DNA from: an uncultured delta proteobacterium | GTDB taxonomy: Bacteria > Desulfobacterota > Binatia > UBA9968 | Direction of reading: 5' to 3' | Length of the DNA: 64,000 bases | NCBI GenBank assembly: GCA_963771465.1 | Contig: CAVYTU010000008.1 | Coordinates: 64,001 to 128,000, forward strand | The notes under the pieces: generated by a model | Database searches by the model: none | What the model was told of the DNA's origin: nothing | The model's input: the letters and a program-made list of their open reading frames with translations, nothing else | Part shown: in pieces, positions 57,601-64,000 of the stretch | Numbering within the stretch: position 1 is the first letter of the stretch | How the letters are laid out: each line of letters starts with the position of its first letter | Made by a program: the position numbers and the translations under genes

Positions 57601-57804
57601 AATTTTTCGCACCGCCTCGCCTCCAGTTACATCTAAACCAGCGCTCATGAAAAAGGAGCATCTAACGCGTCGAGTGCCGTCCCGGCTAACGGCTGGAACG
57701 ATTGGAAGATTTTAAACGGCTGGAACATTAAGCGAGGTCAGCCAACTTATATAGGATATGTTAATATTGCCGATAGGAAGAGCGCACGCACGCGGAAGAA
57801 GACC

Positions 57805-60444
<2,640 letters not shown>

Positions 60445-60546
60445 AAACGATTGCCTCCCATCGGTCATCCGTTATAGATTCTGCCGACGAATCGAATCGA
60501 TCAAATCTCTTAGTCTGGCAGGTGGCAGTCGAGTAGGGACATCCCG

Positions 60547-61233
60547 ATGCCGGCACAAATTCACATTCTCAGCGCCGGCGCGGTTCAACCGGGGCTGAGC
60601 AAAGTCATCGAAATTTTTCGCCACGAGAGCGGCGACGAAGTGATCGTCAGCTTCGCCACCGCGCCGGCGATTGCCAAGCGAATTGCCGCAGGCGAAGTAT
60701 TCGACATCGCGATCACACCGCAGCAGGTGATCGAAGAATTGGCCACACAGGAGAAAATTGCGTCGGACAATCGTACGATGCTCGGCCGCATCGGTGTGGG
60801 CGTCATGATCCGCACCGGCGCGCCGTTGCCGAACATAGCGACCGTCGAGGCGCTCAAAGCCGCGCTGATCAGCGCTGACTCGCTAGTCTTCAACCAAGCG
60901 TCCACAGGACTCTATCTAGAAAATCTATTCGATCAGCTTGGCATCGCCGGGCAGGTAAAAAACAAAACGACCCGCTATCCGGACTTCTCCGCCGTGTTAG
61001 ATCACGTTACTAGAGGTCATGGCATCGAAATCGCTTTCGGCGCGACGACAGTGATCATCGAGAACGCCAGCAAGGGCGTGCGCTTCGTCGGGCCACTGCC
61101 GGCGGCAATCCAGAACTATACGGGTTACACCGCAGCGGCGACCACAAATGCCAGCGAGGCAGCGCGCACATTGCTCCGCTATTTTGCGGCACCGGCAGCG
61201 AAGGCGATCTTCACGGCGGCCGGCATCGAATGA
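60547..61233 (+). CDS. ModA-like substrate-binding domain protein
   Basis: ILSAGAV, STGLYLENLFDQLGI, VGPLPAAIQNYT. Confidence 0.8.
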   Translation: MPAQIHILSAGAVQPGLSKVIEIFRHESGDEVIVSFATAPAIAKRIAAGEVFDIAITPQQVIEELATQEKIASDNRTMLGRIGVGVMIRTGAPLPNIATVEALKAALISADSLVFNQASTGLYLENLFDQLGIAGQVKNKTTRYPDFSAVLDHVTRGHGIEIAFGATTVIIENASKGVRFVGPLPAAIQNYTGYTAAATTNASEAARTLLRYFAAPAAKAIFTAAGIE

Positions 61234-61260
61234 ATCAACGAACGGACGAAAGGGAAACTT

Positions 61261-62302
61261 ATGAAACGAATGACCTCGCTTTTATCTTTTCTCTTTGCTC
61301 TGACTTTCTTCTCCGCCAGCGCACACGCGACTACCCATGATTTTTTCAAAGGCAAATCTGTGCGGATTGTGGTCGGGACCTCGGCGGGCGGAGCAAATGA
61401 CGATTGGGCTCGCTTTATTGCCCTATATCTTGGCAAGCATATTCCGGGGAATCCCACCATCGTGGTGCAAAACATGCCGGGTGCGGGCACGATGATTGCC
61501 GCCAATCATATTTACAATATTGCCAAGCCTGACGGGTTGACTCTCGGACTAGTCAATCCGGGCATCTACATCGATCAACTCCTACGCGCCACGGAAGTAA
61601 GATTCGACTGGGCCAAATTTTCCTTTATCGGCTCGCCGGAACGGTACGATCAGGTTCTGTTCATCCGCGCGGACGGCCCCTACAAAACATTGGAAGATAT
61701 TCGAAAGGCGGCCGAGCCGCCTAGGTGCGCGGCTCAAGCGCGAACCACCCTGAGTTATTTTTTTCCGAAACTAATTGAGGAAGGGCTCGGGCTCAAGGTT
61801 AATCTTGTCGCCGGCTACGGTGGCGGTGGTGAAATGAACTTGGCGATCGAGAAAGGCGAGGTGCATTGCCGCTCTGGAACCGTATCGGCGTATGTTAGCC
61901 GTGAACCGACCCGTACTTGGATCAAGTCGGGTTTCGTCCGGGCCCTGGTTCAAAGTGGCGCGACTCGGTACCCAAAGTTGCCCGAGACCCCAACCATCTA
62001 TGAATTATTGGATTCCTATAAGGCATCCGATACCGCCAAGCGATTAACTAAGGTGATGCTTTCCTCCGCCGATCTCGGTCGGCCATTCTTCGCTCCGCCG
62101 GGAACGCCCGCGGAGCGCGTCAAAGTTTTGCGTTCGGCGTTTGCCAAAACGATGACCGACCCCGAGCTTTTAGCCGAAGCCAAAAAACGCAACTGGGACA
62201 TCGATCTCACCGAGCGGCGAAGACTTAGAAAAACTCGCGAAAGAAATCATGATCCAGCCGCCGGAGGTGATCGAGAGGGTGAAGAAGTTGTTGGGGAGCT
62301 GA
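61261..62302 (+). CDS. Bug/TctC tripartite tricarboxylate transporter substrate-binding protein; +1 frameshift at about 62212
   Basis: FFKGKSVRIVVG, PTIVVQNMPGAG, AKPDGLT; expected tail SGEDLEKLAKEIMIQPPEVIERVKKLLGS* lies in the +1 frame. Confidence 0.8.
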
Positions 62303-62407
62303 TCAGTCCTTTTATTTTCACTAGCCGCCTCATCCTGCCCGCCCATCAAAACGACCCATTGTTTGGACGGCTTGACTCAACCCTATGGCTAGACTCGCCT
62401 TTTCAGC

Positions 62408-62647
62408 ATGAATACACTGCTTGATGAAATACAAACCAAAGCGAGCCAACTCTCCCCTGAGGAACGAGCGGATTTAGCTTTGCAGCTGATTCAGTCTCTT
62501 GACGCCGAGAAGGCCGCATCAGTCCAAGATTGGCAAGCCGCTTGGCTCGCGGAATGCACGCGGCGTCTACAGCGTTTCGAAGCCGGCGAAGACCCGGGAG
62601 TCCCACTCGAAGACGTCCTAAAGAGCGCTCGATCACGACTTCGGTGA
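62408..62647 (+). CDS. Putative addiction-module antitoxin component
   Basis: LSPEERADLALQLIQSLD...AWLAECTRR..GVPLEDV; stop overlaps the toxin start (GTGA). Confidence 0.85.
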   Translation: MNTLLDEIQTKASQLSPEERADLALQLIQSLDAEKAASVQDWQAAWLAECTRRLQRFEAGEDPGVPLEDVLKSARSRLR

Positions 62648-62946
62648 AGCCGGTCAACTTATCCACGGAAGCCAGCGAAGAATTCGTTGAAACCGTGGCG
62701 TTTTATGAACGGCGGCGAATCGGACTTGGCGCCGCGTTCATGGTCGAATTTGAAAGAAGTGTAGAGCTGATCCAGCAGTATCCGGACTCGGGCCGCCCGA
62801 TGGGTAGAAGTTTTCGCCGCGTATAAACTAATCGGTTCCCTTATGCGGTAATCTATGTTGAGCGAGATGCGGATTATTTTGTCATTGCCGTCGCGCACAC
62901 AAGCCGACGCCCAGGCTACTGGAAAGATAGGTTAGCTGAAGGCTAA
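62644..62946 (+). pseudogene. RelE/ParE family toxin with a premature in-frame TAA
   Basis: EASEEF..FYE...GLGAAF..EF; TAA at 62824-62826; same frame continues RFPYAVIY...[17 protein letters not shown]. Confidence 0.85.
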
Positions 62947-62990
62947 TAGTGAATGTGGGAGTGCGATTTTCGTCCTCGCAGGGTTCCCTC

Positions 62991-63980
62991 CTACCGCTTC
63001 CCCGCCCATATCTGCTCGAAGAACCCACTCTTCTCCATTTCCTCGAGGTAACGCGGCTCCATCATCTCTTGCGGCTTGACCGCTTTGGCGCGCGGCTCCG
63101 ACGGCGCGATTTCGTCTAGCGTCGACTGGAAGCCTTCGGGTTTCATCGCCAGACGCGGTTCCAAGGCCTTGATCTCGACGTTGTAACTGGCCTCTAGCAA
63201 TTTGCGATCGTCGACGCGCAAATATTTCTCCATGATCTTGTAAGTGTACTCTTTGTCCGTGTGCATGATTTTCGCCGCTTCCGCCATCGCGCGCATGAAG
63301 CGGCCGATCACCGCTGCTCGCTTGGCGACGATCGTGCGGCGCGTAATGAACGTCGTCGCCGCGTAGGCGATCTTTAAGTCGGGGCCGTAGACAACGTAGT
63401 GATAGCCGAGCTTAAGTGCCTGCGCATCGGTGGGCACGGTCAGCACGGCAGCATCGATCCCTTGAGCGACCAGCGCCGCCAGCGTCTCCGGCGCGCCGCC
63501 GGCTTGGATGAAGCTCACTTCGCGCGGATCGATGTTGTAGTGGCGCAGCGCCTGCACGGCGAAATAATGGGGGTTGCTGCCGATGCGCGAAACGCCGATG
63601 CGTTTGCCTTTCAATTGCTCGGGCCGCTTGATATCGGGTTTGGCGATCACACTGTGAGTCAACAGGCTCTTGATCCCGCCGACAAAGACCGGGTCTTTAT
63701 TTCCCTGCACCCAAGGGCGGGTAATACTCGCCGCGCCGATCACCGCCACTTCGCTATCGCCGGAAAGAATCGCCGCCACCGACGGCGCGCCGGGGGTAAC
63801 AAACACCATCGGCACATCCAAATCGTATTTCTTAAATAGACCCGCCTCATGGCCGATCCACGGATAAGCCTGCGACATCACCCGCGCGGTGTAGATGAGG
63901 TTCAACTTATCCGCCGCAAGAGCATTCGCGAACGGCAGCATGAAAGCTAAGATCGCTGACAACCTAAACATGCTATTCAT
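62991..63980 (-). CDS. NMT1/THI5-like ABC substrate-binding protein
   Basis: Signal peptide; AGLFKKYDLDV, LKGKRIGVSRIGS, MEKSGFFEQIW. Confidence 0.85.
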   Translation of the reverse strand: MNSMFRLSAILAFMLPFANALAADKLNLIYTARVMSQAYPWIGHEAGLFKKYDLDVPMVFVTPGAPSVAAILSGDSEVAVIGAASITRPWVQGNKDPVFVGGIKSLLTHSVIAKPDIKRPEQLKGKRIGVSRIGSNPHYFAVQALRHYNIDPREVSFIQAGGAPETLAALVAQGIDAAVLTVPTDAQALKLGYHYVVYGPDLKIAYAATTFITRRTIVAKRAAVIGRFMRAMAEAAKIMHTDKEYTYKIMEKYLRVDDRKLLEASYNVEIKALEPRLAMKPEGFQSTLDEIAPSEPRAKAVKPQEMMEPRYLEEMEKSGFFEQIWAGKR

Positions 63981-64000
63981 CGCTTCGTTCAAGCGCATGT

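Noticed and set aside
62824-62826. Stop-codon reassignment
   Set aside because: TAA, TAG and TGA all terminate normal genes throughout the window.

Overview
A 64 kb, moderately GC-rich bacterial chromosomal segment. The many orphan NMT1/THI5-, TctC- and ModA-type solute-binding proteins, the catabolic enzymes and the periodic intergenic palindromes suggest Candidatus Binatia or a related deltaproteobacterium (inference). It holds a catabolic cluster (0-10.5 kb), housekeeping genes (tatD, mscS-like, mutY, mtgA, asnS, aroG-type DAHP synthase, DEAD helicase, surE), msrPQ and a Tat-exported msrB, six MFS transporters and several decayed or frameshifted genes. The main items missed by the ORF track are: (1) a secreted thioredoxin-fold selenoprotein (in-frame UGA in a UxxC motif plus a SECIS-like hairpin) heading the msrPQ operon behind an ECF-type promoter; (2) an integrase-less integron cassette array with three attC sites at 37.4-39.2 kb, one cassette carrying an intact histidine kinase; (3) an adenylate cyclase fused to a Cys4 zinc ribbon and a MerT-like membrane domain; (4) a GMC oxidoreductase lacking both catalytic His/Asn residues; (5) three sigma-54-type promoters. 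No rRNA, tRNA or CRISPR array was seen. All calls come from reading the sequence by eye; no searches were run.
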